Below are positions 1 through 9,258 of a stretch of DNA of 64,000 bases, one piece after another. Source of the DNA: a virus (taxonomy: Duplodnaviria; Heunggongvirae; Uroviricota; Caudoviricetes); IMG/VR virus record IMGVR_UViG_3300043172_001414; one strand, given 5' to 3'. The notes beneath the pieces were generated by a model. That model was not told the origin of the DNA. It saw nothing but the letters and a program-made list of their open reading frames with translations, and searched no databases. Numbering within the stretch: position 1 is the first letter of the stretch; the number at the start of each line of letters is the position of its first letter. The translations under genes were made by a program, and so were the position numbers.

Positions 1-22
1 TAGATATCTGTACGGTGAAGCT

Positions 23-640
23 TTGTTTGCTGACTATATCGCATTCACAGTTTCTGCTGGGGTGTCTGCATATCCTTTAGATGATGATATCGAGGATGCC
101 TACGATATTACTTTTAATAACACTGGTGGTGGATCTCTTTTATTTGATCCATATTGGATGACCCTACAAAACAACTTTAACTTCTACGGCATGGCTGGTA
201 GTGGTGGCGGTGGTGGAATGGGGGGTGGTGGTTCTATAACTGCTCTCGGACAAGGAATGTCTTTAGCTAGTGCTCAAATAGCATTCATGTATCAAAATGA
301 TGCGTATAATATGTTTGGTAAAATGTATGGAGTTAAATACAGAGAAAATAGAAAAGAATTGATAGTGACACCAACACCGGAAGCCGGAGGTGTGGGTCTG
401 GTTAGTGTGTGGAGACGTGAACAATGTGATAAATTATATAATCACATTCTCATCAGACAACTTGCAGTAGCTAAATCAAAAAAGATATGGGCTACAAATC
501 TAAAGAAATATAGTATTACAATGCCAGGTCAGTCTACGGTAAATGGGGATGTCTTATATCAAGACGCTCTAATCGAGGAAGATAAAGCAACTGATGCTAT
601 CTTATCGGAAAGTCAACCACCAGATTTTTATATCGCATAA
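23..640 (+). CDS. Hypothetical protein with a poly-Gly tract, possibly virion-associated; the ORF may begin upstream of the window
   Basis: 205-aa ORF containing a GGGGGMGGGG low-complexity tract. It is convergent with the minus-strand structural module and is followed by hairpins at about 699-753. Confidence 0.35.
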   Translation: MFADYIAFTVSAGVSAYPLDDDIEDAYDITFNNTGGGSLLFDPYWMTLQNNFNFYGMAGSGGGGGMGGGGSITALGQGMSLASAQIAFMYQNDAYNMFGKMYGVKYRENRKELIVTPTPEAGGVGLVSVWRREQCDKLYNHILIRQLAVAKSKKIWATNLKKYSITMPGQSTVNGDVLYQDALIEEDKATDAILSESQPPDFYIA

Positions 641-722
641 CATGTAGGGATTATGGGTTTTATATCAAAAGAACATTATCAACTAAAGTAGCCGTATAAG
701 GGCCCCTAAGGCCCTCTATCAA

Positions 723-753
723 ACTGAAGTATTATCTATCATACTTCAGTTTT
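723..753. terminator. Hairpin ACTGAAGTAT…ATACTTCAGT followed by TTTT, between convergent genes (with a second GC hairpin at 699-715)
   Basis: 10-bp stem with an 8-nt loop. Confidence 0.5.
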
Positions 754-791
754 AAATGCTGTCCAGCCTCTTTAAAATGGCTTTAATCGTA

Positions 792-1595
792 CTACCATCC
801 ACCAAAGGGATCGTCGTTTACCGGAGGGTAAGGATCTGGGTTTATTGGTTCTTCGTTAGCAGCTGATGTATTGAATAGAAACTCTTCTTTTTCTTCATCA
901 ATTTCTTCATTGATTTGGAGAATGTCAGTAGGTTTATCTGTAACTGCAGATATTTCAAGTTCTTTAGCTTTAACTGAAGGTATTGGAGGTTGGAATTCAT
1001 TAACAGAAAAGTGATTATCTCTGAAGATTCTAACAATAAGAGTCCATGCTAATTTAGTTTGAAGCATTGTACCTTCAGAATCTTTCACTTCAATGACTTC
1101 ATAGAATGTATCATTCCACTTGCCTTTGATTATATCGCCTTCACAAGGTTCGTATGGATCATATTCATATACTCCACAGCCTGTATTACTGAGAGTAGAA
1201 GCGACTTCGAAGTGTTGTTTAGCTACGTATATTTTGAAGATATCTTTTACATCGATACCAAATAGAGTCATTAGCTCTTCTTCAGTAGGTAATATAAAGT
1301 ATCCTTGGAATGGGAATTGTCTCTCGATATGTCTATCTCGATCTTCGCCATATAATTTGTCGTAAGATGTGTTATAGTCAACTTTGTAGTAGATGAGTTT
1401 AACGCCCTGTTGGTTCCACATTTCAGTGGCTATGTTGGCAAACATTTTCTTTTCATTATCGTAACACGGGTTAGTTAAATGATTAAAATAGTCTTTCTTA
1501 AAGCAACTACTTGCAAATATAGAACCAGGTATCATAATAACCTGGGGTTGATTTATATTAAATACTGCCGAACATTCAACTGCACTTACATCCAT
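792..1595 (-). CDS. Structural-module protein, paralog A of 16495..17283 (shared central YGEDRDRHI motif and shared C-terminal about 40 aa)
   Basis: 267-aa ORF. The C-terminus FLFNTSAANEEPINPDPYPPVNDDPFGGW is nearly identical to that of the ORF at 16495..17283. It is the last gene of the capsid operon. Confidence 0.55.
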   Translation of the reverse strand: MDVSAVECSAVFNINQPQVIMIPGSIFASSCFKKDYFNHLTNPCYDNEKKMFANIATEMWNQQGVKLIYYKVDYNTSYDKLYGEDRDRHIERQFPFQGYFILPTEEELMTLFGIDVKDIFKIYVAKQHFEVASTLSNTGCGVYEYDPYEPCEGDIIKGKWNDTFYEVIEVKDSEGTMLQTKLAWTLIVRIFRDNHFSVNEFQPPIPSVKAKELEISAVTDKPTDILQINEEIDEEKEEFLFNTSAANEEPINPDPYPPVNDDPFGGW

Positions 1596-1606
1596 GATGA
1601 CTCCGT

Positions 1607-2089
1607 TTAGAATTTACCTTTTGATCTTTTCTTAGCTGCTTTACCTTTAGCTCTAATTCTACCGAATTTTCTCATGACTTTAGCTGCTTTTCTAAGTCGT
1701 CTGAACAACTTTAGTTGTGGAAGGGGTCGTTTTCTAGGTATGAAAATACCAGTAGTCGGTGTTACTTTTTTAAATTCGAATCGTGAAAGAAATTTAGCTC
1801 TGTCTTTTAAGCTTGAATTGTAGAACTTGCCACCAGTTGCTGTTTGAATTGCACTTCTCTTGGCTCTTGCTACTTGTCTTTTTTGCCGTGGTGATCTTTT
1901 GATCTCATTGATTTTATCATCTTCATCATCATCTTCGTCGTCATCGTCTTCAAGTTCTTTTTTTAATTCTTTTTTAACTTCATCGTCCACTTCACCATCT
2001 AGGTTTTTGTCGATGTACACCTGGTCGTCATGGACTACATCGAAATCATCTTCTTCTTTCTCTATAAAATAAAAGGAACCGAATGACAT
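1607..2089 (-). CDS. Highly charged small protein (acidic N-half, Lys/Arg-rich C-half); possible internal head or DNA-binding protein
   Basis: 160-aa ORF directly downstream of the capsid gene; poly-D/E run followed by a KR-rich tail. Confidence 0.4.
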   Translation of the reverse strand: MSFGSFYFIEKEEDDFDVVHDDQVYIDKNLDGEVDDEVKKELKKELEDDDDEDDDEDDKINEIKRSPRQKRQVARAKRSAIQTATGGKFYNSSLKDRAKFLSRFEFKKVTPTTGIFIPRKRPLPQLKLFRRLRKAAKVMRKFGRIRAKGKAAKKRSKGKF

Positions 2090-2110
2090 AGTAATACTCC
2101 ATTTTATTAT

Positions 2111-2118
2111 TATTTATA
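2111..2118 (-). promoter_or_regulatory. T4-type late promoter (TATAAATA on the minus strand)
   Basis: Upstream of the ORF at 1607..2089. Confidence 0.45.
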
Positions 2119-2120
2119 TA

Positions 2121-2153
2121 AACACAAAAAAAGGCAGTGATAATTCACTGCCT
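2121..2153 (-). terminator. Rho-independent terminator after the major capsid gene
   Basis: Stem AGGCAGTGA/TCACTGCCT followed by a U-run on the minus strand. Confidence 0.7.
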
Positions 2154-2180
2154 TTATTATTCGGGGGTATAGATTAACTA

Positions 2181-3500
2181 TTAACCAGGGACAATTGCTG
2201 CCATGTTTTGATAGTTAATTAATCTGTAGTATCTACCAGATCCAAGTAGAGAATCAGTGATTCCATATCTAGACATAACACCTAGTCTTGGACTGAAGTC
2301 TTCTTGAGCTACAGTTCTGTTTGTTACGCCTGTGATATATGGACTAAAGATAATTCCTGAGTCACTGATACCTGGGCCTTTGTAACCGATCAGAGCGTAA
2401 TCGTTAACAGCATATGAATCTCTGTAAACAGTGATTGTACCGTTGATTGTTCCTACTTCTGCAAGAGTAGTAGTTGCGTCAACAAGTGCTGTGTTTCTTG
2501 AGAATTGTGGGCCAGCTGCTTGTAGAGCAGTTGCAACTCTTCCTGAAACGATAACGAAGTTACCTGCGCCACGTCTGGTTGAGATCGCAATGTCATTTGA
2601 CTTCTTGATTATAGAAGTAATAAGTCCTGCATATCTTTCTTGTGACCATCTTCCGTCAAGTGGGTTATTTGCTGTTACGTCAATGTTTGTAACTGCTTCT
2701 CCACCGAAAGAGATAGTAACTGCTGCTGATTTCATTCTTTGTAGAAGCTCTCTGTCAAGCTCAGCCATTATTTCATACTGAAGTACGCTTAACATTTCTC
2801 TTTCAATGTCAACACCGTGCATCGCTTTGATGTCCTGTGCTGATTCTAGAGAGAAGCTTGCTGCCATTTTACGAGTTTTTGCTACAACTGAAGTCTGGTC
2901 AACTCTGAATGATAGTTCAGGCATTTTTTCTGTGCCAGTTCCACCAAATTGGAAAGCCTCACCAGATACTGAAGGAGCGCCAACACCTGTGTCGATAGCT
3001 GATGTAATACCAGATACGTCTAGGCCAGGAGCAGTGTTAGGGTTGTTTACTGATGGTACAGTTCCGTTCTGTGGTTCATTACCAGTGAATCCTGAGAATT
3101 TTGCTACATCGTTAAATGCTGCTTCATTCTGTGGAAAGTCTTTGTATAAGAATCTTAGAGCGTAAGCAAGTCCAACAGGAGTACTCATAGCCTGAACACC
3201 AACTACTTTGTTAGCGAATAGAACTGGGAAAGTTCTTCTAACAAGTGCAAGAGTCATAGGTCTAAATTGTCCACCGTTAGGATCGTTTAGTGTTGCTGTA
3301 CCTAGTGTGTTTGAAGCTTGTGAAGCTTCGTTCAGGGAACCGAATGCGTTTCCATCATTGAATAGTCGAGTAGTTTGGTTTTCAAGAAGTGTTGCCATGT
3401 TTTCTTTGGTATCTCTATCTTCAATATCTGCAATAGAGAGATTGCCAGGAACATTTTCCCACTTTTGAACCAATTTCGCTTTATCAGGTGTACTATACAT
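2181..3500 (-). CDS. 23: Major capsid protein (T4 gp23-like, HK97 fold)
   Basis: 439 aa. The segment RPMTLALVRRTFPVLFANKVVGVQAMSTPVGLAYALRFLY resembles the conserved gp23 core (…MVRRAIPNLIAFDICGVQPMNSPTGQVFALRAVYG, recalled from memory). It follows the scaffold gene and has a late promoter upstream and a terminator downstream. Confidence 0.85.
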   Translation of the reverse strand: MYSTPDKAKLVQKWENVPGNLSIADIEDRDTKENMATLLENQTTRLFNDGNAFGSLNEASQASNTLGTATLNDPNGGQFRPMTLALVRRTFPVLFANKVVGVQAMSTPVGLAYALRFLYKDFPQNEAAFNDVAKFSGFTGNEPQNGTVPSVNNPNTAPGLDVSGITSAIDTGVGAPSVSGEAFQFGGTGTEKMPELSFRVDQTSVVAKTRKMAASFSLESAQDIKAMHGVDIEREMLSVLQYEIMAELDRELLQRMKSAAVTISFGGEAVTNIDVTANNPLDGRWSQERYAGLITSIIKKSNDIAISTRRGAGNFVIVSGRVATALQAAGPQFSRNTALVDATTTLAEVGTINGTITVYRDSYAVNDYALIGYKGPGISDSGIIFSPYITGVTNRTVAQEDFSPRLGVMSRYGITDSLLGSGRYYRLINYQNMAAIVPG

Positions 3501-3537
3501 ATGTATTATCCTCCTAAAGAATTTATATATTTTTTAA

Positions 3538-3545
3538 TATTTATA
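3538..3545 (-). promoter_or_regulatory. T4-type late promoter TATAAATA upstream of the major capsid gene
   Basis: About 40 nt upstream of the gene 23 ATG. Confidence 0.6.
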
Positions 3546-3560
3546 TTTTTGAAAAAAATT

Positions 3561-4397
3561 TTAGATAAATCTGTTAGCTGCGCTATAGATATCTGCTTGT
3601 TGATTAGCTATATCGTCAATGTCTTTATCTTTTTCAGTAAGGTTAATTGTTCGTTCTTCAGCGATATATTCGTCTTCAGATATACTACCTGATTGTTCGC
3701 TTATAACAGTTTTATTAGCTTCTAAACTAGAAGTTGTTTCTTTTGTTTCAGTGATTAACTCTATGAAATTATCAAGTTTACTTTGAGTTTCGTTAAGAGC
3801 TTTACCAGAAAAGAACTCGAACACTGAAGATTTTTCACTTTCAGTCATGTGTTCTGTTTTCTTGGCAATAAGAAGCTTAGAAGCGGCTGTGTCAACTGAT
3901 TCTTCTAGTTCGATTTTATCGGCAATAGATTCAGCAAGTTGATCAGTTAGTTCACTAATTTTCTCTTGATATTTTCTTAGAGACGCATATCCATCACTGT
4001 CTAGAGCTACATGCTGGTGCTCAAATAATGATTGTATACCCATGATGATCGGGCCATATGTTTCATTTACAGCTATCTGTTTTAACGTATCTTCAGAAAT
4101 TTTTGATGTAATTTCCAAGTCAAGAAATTTGTCTAGTTTTTCAACTAAAGTAGATTCTAACGCATCAAGTTTTTGGTCATACTCTTTAATAAGAGTTGTT
4201 GCCACTTTCTTAACACCTTCTTGAATTTTCATATCACAATATTCTTCAGCAAGTCGTTCCACCTTAACTTTTTCAGCGTCTACTCTGATAGAAGCTTTTT
4301 CTTCAATCATTGTTGATACTTCAGTTTGAAAAGATTTAACGTCTTCTTCTGAAAGAACATCTTTTAATTTTTTTAAAATGTTATCCATTTTTGTCAT
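3561..4397 (-). CDS. 22: Prohead scaffold/core protein (gp22-like)
   Basis: 278 aa, acidic, with predicted coiled coil; lies between the protease and the capsid gene as in T4. Confidence 0.5.
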   Translation of the reverse strand: MTKMDNILKKLKDVLSEEDVKSFQTEVSTMIEEKASIRVDAEKVKVERLAEEYCDMKIQEGVKKVATTLIKEYDQKLDALESTLVEKLDKFLDLEITSKISEDTLKQIAVNETYGPIIMGIQSLFEHQHVALDSDGYASLRKYQEKISELTDQLAESIADKIELEESVDTAASKLLIAKKTEHMTESEKSSVFEFFSGKALNETQSKLDNFIELITETKETTSSLEANKTVISEQSGSISEDEYIAEERTINLTEKDKDIDDIANQQADIYSAANRFI

Positions 4398-4432
4398 TTG
4401 AATTCCTCCTAAAAATTTATTTTAGTTATCAA

Positions 4433-4440
4433 TATTTATA
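4433..4440 (-). promoter_or_regulatory. T4-type late promoter TATAAATA upstream of the scaffold gene
   Basis: Exact octamer on the minus strand. Confidence 0.5.
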
Positions 4441-4463
4441 ATTGACTATTGAAAAAAAAGTTA

Positions 4464-4736
4464 TTATAGGTACTTTTCTACATCACCAAACAGTCCAGCG
4501 TCAGCTGATCCTCTTTTTAGAGTTGATTGTTCATCTATTAATAATATCCCTGTAGCTTTTCCGATAATATCAGTATGGTCTTCGCTAATAAGAGTTTTAA
4601 GTTTTTCTTTTTGTTCGGCTTCTTCTGCAAGATATGCTTTCAATCTTACTGCTTTAGCTTCTTCATTCTTTGAGTCTACATCCACATAGTTATCAGTAAT
4701 GTAGTGATTCGCAAAGTCTATTATGTTTTCGTCCAT
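4464..4736 (-). CDS. Hypothetical protein
   Basis: 90-aa ORF between the protease and scaffold genes. Confidence 0.4.
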   Translation of the reverse strand: MDENIIDFANHYITDNYVDVDSKNEEAKAVRLKAYLAEEAEQKEKLKTLISEDHTDIIGKATGILLIDEQSTLKRGSADAGLFGDVEKYL

Positions 4737-4746
4737 AATGTGCTCC

Positions 4747-5403
4747 TTATAAGTTGTTTCTTAATTCAGTTAAAAAATCGTCTAAAGCTTCTTTTATTAT
4801 TGAAGAGCCGTGATTGTCTAAGTTTGTTTTGAGGTTGCTAACAGCAACTTCGATAATGTCGTTGCCCTGGATTATATATTCTTTATTTTCAAGAATACCT
4901 TCAACATATGCTTCTGTGTAACTAGGGTCTCCAACGATATCTACTGTAAGTAGTTTAAAGTCTGGATTAACTGTATTACCTTTCAAGGTTCCGATACCAC
5001 GAGAACTAGTTCCCAGGTTAACACCGGATTCAATTAGTGACTTGGCAATATTTCCCATAGGCGTATCTAATATTTTAGCTACACCAATAACTTTATTGCC
5101 TTCCATTTCCAATGATTCTATTAAGTGGCTTACTCTGTCAAGATTTAATTGAGGAACTGGTGGGTGATCTAATTCTCCCATTGCTCTTTTTTTATCAATC
5201 TTTTCCATAGTAAATCGAGCTACTTCTCGTTCTAATAACTCACGAGGGTAGATACGACCATTTCTATTCTTAATTTCAGCACCCATAAATGGGCCTTTGA
5301 TTTTAAGATTTTTCTTTGTCCCATCTTCAGTAGATTCAGTAAAAACTTCTAATTCATCAAAATCAACATATTCAGTTATGAGCTTCATATTATTGTTTGT
5401 CAT
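4747..5403 (-). CDS. 21: Prohead core protease (gp21-like)
   Basis: 218 aa (T4 gp21 is about 212 aa); position in the 20-67/68-21-22-23 synteny; late promoter upstream. Confidence 0.55.
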   Translation of the reverse strand: MTNNNMKLITEYVDFDELEVFTESTEDGTKKNLKIKGPFMGAEIKNRNGRIYPRELLEREVARFTMEKIDKKRAMGELDHPPVPQLNLDRVSHLIESLEMEGNKVIGVAKILDTPMGNIAKSLIESGVNLGTSSRGIGTLKGNTVNPDFKLLTVDIVGDPSYTEAYVEGILENKEYIIQGNDIIEVAVSNLKTNLDNHGSSIIKEALDDFLTELRNNL

Positions 5404-5434
5404 GATCTAAAAATCTCCTTGTCTGATTTCTAAT

Positions 5435-5442
5435 TATTTATA
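5435..5442 (-). promoter_or_regulatory. T4-type late promoter TATAAATA upstream of the protease gene, embedded in a 9-bp inverted repeat
   Basis: The inverted repeat GTCTGATTT…AAATCAGAC flanks the octamer. Confidence 0.5.
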
Positions 5443-5561
5443 AATCAGACAGAAAATTTTTAACACTTTGGATAGCTATAACAGCTTTTATGCATAGGGA
5501 AACAAGAAAAGCTGAGGTTTTTACGTTCAGCTACTACTTTTTTGACACTTGAAACTATTTT

Positions 5562-5819
5562 TTAATAGGTATCGTCAAGATTTTGAAACGTCATTGAGAT
5601 ATTTTCTTTTTCTGAATCAATTTTTGACACTATTTTTTTAGCAACAACCTTGTCTAGGTCATCTTTTAATGTCGCATAATCTTTATTCATGACTCTACCA
5701 GTTAATGAATCTTGGTCAGCTGCTACTTCCCAATGGTCAATGTCTGATGTGTATCTATCTAAATCGTCGGTTTGAAATCCTGGGAGTTCCCATCCTTTAT
5801 CCAATTCATTATTATCCAT
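5562..5819 (-). CDS. Small acidic prohead core protein (gp67/gp68 position)
   Basis: 85 aa, acidic, between the portal and protease genes. Confidence 0.35.
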   Translation of the reverse strand: MDNNELDKGWELPGFQTDDLDRYTSDIDHWEVAADQDSLTGRVMNKDYATLKDDLDKVVAKKIVSKIDSEKENISMTFQNLDDTY

Positions 5820-5828
5820 GTTTTCTCC

Positions 5829-7469
5829 TTAGGCTTCCGGTACTGCTACATCCGATTTGGGTGCGTCAGGGTTGCCTTCTTCTTCTGTTGGTTCTAATTC
5901 AATTTTCTTTTTAAGCATGTCTGCCTTGAATGCAATTCTAGTTTCTAGAATTTCTTTGCGTTCTTTGTTTTTAAGTTTTTCATTAAGTTCGTACTCATCG
6001 TCCTTCATATTCATCATACTCTTCGCTACGAATTCCCATGAAAATTCACCGTCAGGATTCTCTTCACTAACTATAAAAGTTGATAGAGAGCTAAATACAT
6101 TTAGTTTTAATTCTAATAGTCCTAGCTCTTTATACTCTTTAAAGAAATTTGCTTCTGTAAATTTTATATGATATAATTTTCTATCAACAAGTTTTGGGTC
6201 AAATCCTTTAAGACGAAGTTGTTGCATGAATACATCCAATACAAGTTTCTTAAATCTTTTTTGTAATCTTTGAACAAAATTCCAAAACTTAAGTTCATCT
6301 CTTTCAATAGTTGAACCTGCTTGATATTGGGCGTTCGGTGTGTTGTGTCGATCTTTAGGTATTTTTAATACTGTAAGAAGCTTATCGTTGAAGAACTCCA
6401 AGTCACCAAGTTCACCTAGATTAGATGCGCTTGGAAGAGTTTCAACGTTTGTACCGTTCCCATCTCTCTTTGCAAACCAGAAATCTTCAGATAATGCTTG
6501 AACATTCTGCGAAGCATCTATGGCACCAGTTTTCGGATTGTAATTTATTTGTCTTCGGTATTTATGGATGAGTTTTTTAATATACTCTTCTACTTTACCA
6601 GTAGGCATTCTCCCTACTTCAATATTCCAAACACGTCTTTCTGGTGCTCTTGTAAGCCTGTATACCACCACTGAATCTTCTAATGATCGTAACATATTGT
6701 AGATACGGATAGCTGGCTCTAAGTAGCCTCTAACGTCCGCTCTCGATGTTCCTGGGTATCCACCGTAGTTTGCGTATGCAATTTGTTCTTGTGGGAATAC
6801 AATTTGGTGTTTATCGTCTTTATCTGTATTTGGCGCACCAGTTTGGTTTGTTGCGTTGTGTGATACTGGTAATACTTTTTGAATAAAGTACGCTATCTTA
6901 CTACCGTCATATACGGGGTAAGTAATAAATGCTGGTAATGATCTTAGTCCTATGATACTATCTTTTTTATCATTGAGAACTAATTCCAAGAACACTTCAG
7001 ATTCAACCAGCCACTTCCTAAAGAGATCCCACAATGTTTCTTTAACCACAAAAAGGTCGTTGATAACATAGTCCCACTGTTCTCTTATTTGTCGCTGTTC
7101 AAGTTTAGTTACTTCTCTGTTAATATTAAGGGTTAATATTAATCCATTTTCATCTTCTACGATAGCTTCATCAGATACCATGTCTAACGCATCATTGATT
7201 TCTGGATACCATGCCATCTCACGATATTTAAGGATTCTTATTTTTTTGCTTTGAAAGTATTGGTCAAAATGAATGGGAGCTACGTATACATTGGCGAAAC
7301 CATCGTCGTACCCATTGCCATTTTGTTGACCATATAGGTACTTGTAATAAGCATCTTGGTCATTAATACCTTGAGTGTTTTTATTGATCTGTTTTTCCCG
7401 TACATTTTCAGCACTGGGTCTTCCTCGTAGGAAGAATTTTGAGAAAGGATTAAAATATCCATCTGCCAT
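5829..7469 (-). CDS. 20: Portal vertex protein (gp20-like)
   Basis: 546 aa (T4 gp20 is 524 aa); first gene of the conserved portal-protease-scaffold-capsid block; late promoter at about 7509-7516. Confidence 0.65.
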   Translation of the reverse strand: MADGYFNPFSKFFLRGRPSAENVREKQINKNTQGINDQDAYYKYLYGQQNGNGYDDGFANVYVAPIHFDQYFQSKKIRILKYREMAWYPEINDALDMVSDEAIVEDENGLILTLNINREVTKLEQRQIREQWDYVINDLFVVKETLWDLFRKWLVESEVFLELVLNDKKDSIIGLRSLPAFITYPVYDGSKIAYFIQKVLPVSHNATNQTGAPNTDKDDKHQIVFPQEQIAYANYGGYPGTSRADVRGYLEPAIRIYNMLRSLEDSVVVYRLTRAPERRVWNIEVGRMPTGKVEEYIKKLIHKYRRQINYNPKTGAIDASQNVQALSEDFWFAKRDGNGTNVETLPSASNLGELGDLEFFNDKLLTVLKIPKDRHNTPNAQYQAGSTIERDELKFWNFVQRLQKRFKKLVLDVFMQQLRLKGFDPKLVDRKLYHIKFTEANFFKEYKELGLLELKLNVFSSLSTFIVSEENPDGEFSWEFVAKSMMNMKDDEYELNEKLKNKERKEILETRIAFKADMLKKKIELEPTEEEGNPDAPKSDVAVPEA

Positions 7470-7508
7470 AAAAATAACCTCAATTTATGATTAACGTGTA
7501 ATTAGTTG

Positions 7509-7516
7509 TATTTATA
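7509..7516 (-). promoter_or_regulatory. T4-type late promoter TATAAATA upstream of the portal gene
   Basis: Exact octamer about 40 nt upstream of the portal ATG. Confidence 0.55.
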
Positions 7517-8090
7517 TTTTACGTTTAGTGTGTACTGACGGAATGAAGTCTTTGTAGTTTAATCCGACCTCTGACAGTGTGGCCGAAAAGTACGTCTTGG
7601 ATGCAAAACTCATATAGTCATCGAGTTTATTTGCTGGAACTCTACGTATTTCAAACATCCGATCTCTACGATATTGGCGAATGCCAAATGTTGCTTTTCT
7701 AAAAAGATAAAATAGTTCTTTGTATTGAATCATTTGTTTGATTCGTTCATCATCATTTAATTCATCATCACCAATAAACTTTCTCAATCGTGTCATCCAC
7801 AATCGTCTAGCTCTTACTGGTATGTGATGAAAGTTCAAACCTCTATATATTAACTCGTGATCTTTAGATTTATAAGCATCGTAAATAAAACACAAAGGAA
7901 ACCAATCATAAAACCTAGTCTCTTCAAATGAAGTTCTATCGAAATACGGATTCATATTAAATTTATAATTGTATGTGTAAAAATACCCTGGCTTAACCAG
8001 TGATGTTTTCACCCCTTCCTCTCGTGTATACTTAACGTAGCTGGGGAGTCGTTTTAGACGTTTGTCGTCATTAGATATCGTTCTTGCCAT
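7512..8090 (-). CDS. Hypothetical structural-module protein
   Basis: 192-aa basic ORF upstream of the portal gene. Confidence 0.4.
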   Translation of the reverse strand: MARTISNDDKRLKRLPSYVKYTREEGVKTSLVKPGYFYTYNYKFNMNPYFDRTSFEETRFYDWFPLCFIYDAYKSKDHELIYRGLNFHHIPVRARRLWMTRLRKFIGDDELNDDERIKQMIQYKELFYLFRKATFGIRQYRRDRMFEIRRVPANKLDDYMSFASKTYFSATLSEVGLNYKDFIPSVHTKRKI

Positions 8091-8424
8091 AACTCTCTAT
8101 CAAATCGATACTCTCATTTTTCTTTTTCTTTTTTCTTTTGAAAAGAGGAGTTATCTTTGCAGAGAACGCTCCGCTTTGACCAGGTGCTATGTTGGCTGTG
8201 GTTAATGTATTCGATGGTGCTACAGGAGCTGCACCACCTTCTCCATCTTCATCAATCTTTAACATTCTCTTAAGGATGCCTGTTGTTAACCGATAAAAAT
8301 TATCACCTGAAGACACTCCAAGTTGTTTCTCTGCTGCTGCTTTAGCTTTGTCCCAGAGTTTTTCTACTTCTGATGTAGATTTTCCTGACTTGCTTGCGAA
8401 TGATGATATTAGTCCTGATGGCAT
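8071..8424 (-). CDS. Hypothetical protein with poly-Lys tract
   Basis: 117 aa; overlaps the next gene by 20 nt. Confidence 0.4.
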   Translation of the reverse strand: MPSGLISSFASKSGKSTSEVEKLWDKAKAAAEKQLGVSSGDNFYRLTTGILKRMLKIDEDGEGGAAPVAPSNTLTTANIAPGQSGAFSAKITPLFKRKKKKKNESIDLIESYGKNDI

Positions 8425-8443
8425 ATGATCCTCAACTGAAGTA

Positions 8444-8887
8444 TTATTTAAAATAGTCTTCTTTTATGTAACCGTTATAATCGGTCATCTGTTGTAACTC
8501 TTCATGTAAGACCATTTCAAACATCTCGTCGATGCTCTCTAGTTCGTACTTTTCTGTAAGATTTTCAATGTCTCTCATTAATCTTTTAACTTCAGCTCTT
8601 CTACCAATACCTGCTTGAGGAATTAAATATCGAGTGTAGTCACCACCAAGAGTTTTGACATAAATAAACTTATTAAGGGCGTGTATCTTACCACCCATCA
8701 AACGCTTTAGCTTGAATATTATTTTATCTAAAACAGACAATTCTTTATCATCACCCTTAGCGACACCTTTAGCATCAACCACACCTGTCTTAAAAGCATC
8801 AGTTTGATTGATAGGGGTCAGTAACTTTTTTAGGAGTATAAAGGCAATCGCTGCATCAATTTCTTTTTTTCTTTGTCCTGTTGCCAT
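8444..8887 (-). CDS. Hypothetical protein
   Basis: 147-aa ORF. Confidence 0.4.
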   Translation of the reverse strand: MATGQRKKEIDAAIAFILLKKLLTPINQTDAFKTGVVDAKGVAKGDDKELSVLDKIIFKLKRLMGGKIHALNKFIYVKTLGGDYTRYLIPQAGIGRRAEVKRLMRDIENLTEKYELESIDEMFEMVLHEELQQMTDYNGYIKEDYFK

Positions 8888-8898
8888 TTAGCTACCAC

Positions 8899-9132
8899 TT
8901 AAGTTTGTTGATCTTCTGTTATAGTATGTATATGACCACCAGATTCTTGTATTTCCCAGCCAACTACATTGTGTTGGTGATCATCTGCACCAGCTCTAAT
9001 TGCTACACCGTCACCACTGGCATTAACCTCATAAAAGTGAGCGTGGTCGCTATCAACTGAAGTATAACCATCGTATAGTTTATCCCCAGCCCATTGTTGC
9101 ATTGATTCTGTATAAAATTGTTTAAATGACAT
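8899..9132 (-). CDS. Hypothetical small protein
   Basis: 77-aa ORF. Confidence 0.35.
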   Translation of the reverse strand: MSFKQFYTESMQQWAGDKLYDGYTSVDSDHAHFYEVNASGDGVAIRAGADDHQHNVVGWEIQESGGHIHTITEDQQT

Positions 9133-9258
9133 AGGGTTCCTTTAGGTTATACATTGCATGGTTGTTTACTTATTCCCATGTTGAATTATTTAATTTGCAT
9201 GTTTTATTTTACTAATTTTTATATCATATGGTTAAACTATCTGCTAAAGGGTTATTAA

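Noticed and set aside
699-715. GC hairpin AGGGCC-CCTAA-GGCCCT as a rho-independent terminator
   Set aside because: No U-run follows on either strand. Kept only as part of the convergent-gene hairpin region.
792-1595. Assignment of 792..1595 as the gp24 vertex protein because it follows gene 23
   Set aside because: gp24 is a gp23 paralog of about 420 aa. This 267-aa protein has no similarity to the capsid protein and instead has a paralog at 16495.
1860-2072. Plus-strand poly-Ser ORF antisense to 1607..2089
   Set aside because: It is the mirror image of the GAT/GAA-rich acidic tract on the coding (minus) strand, i.e. a low-complexity artefact.
2431-3468. Plus-strand ORFs antisense to the capsid gene (2431..2781, 2806..3165, 3208..3468), and similar antisense ORFs inside the portal, 1341-aa, D5-like, polymerase and RNR genes
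   Set aside because: They are fully embedded antisense to long, well-supported genes and have atypical composition. Treated as non-coding.
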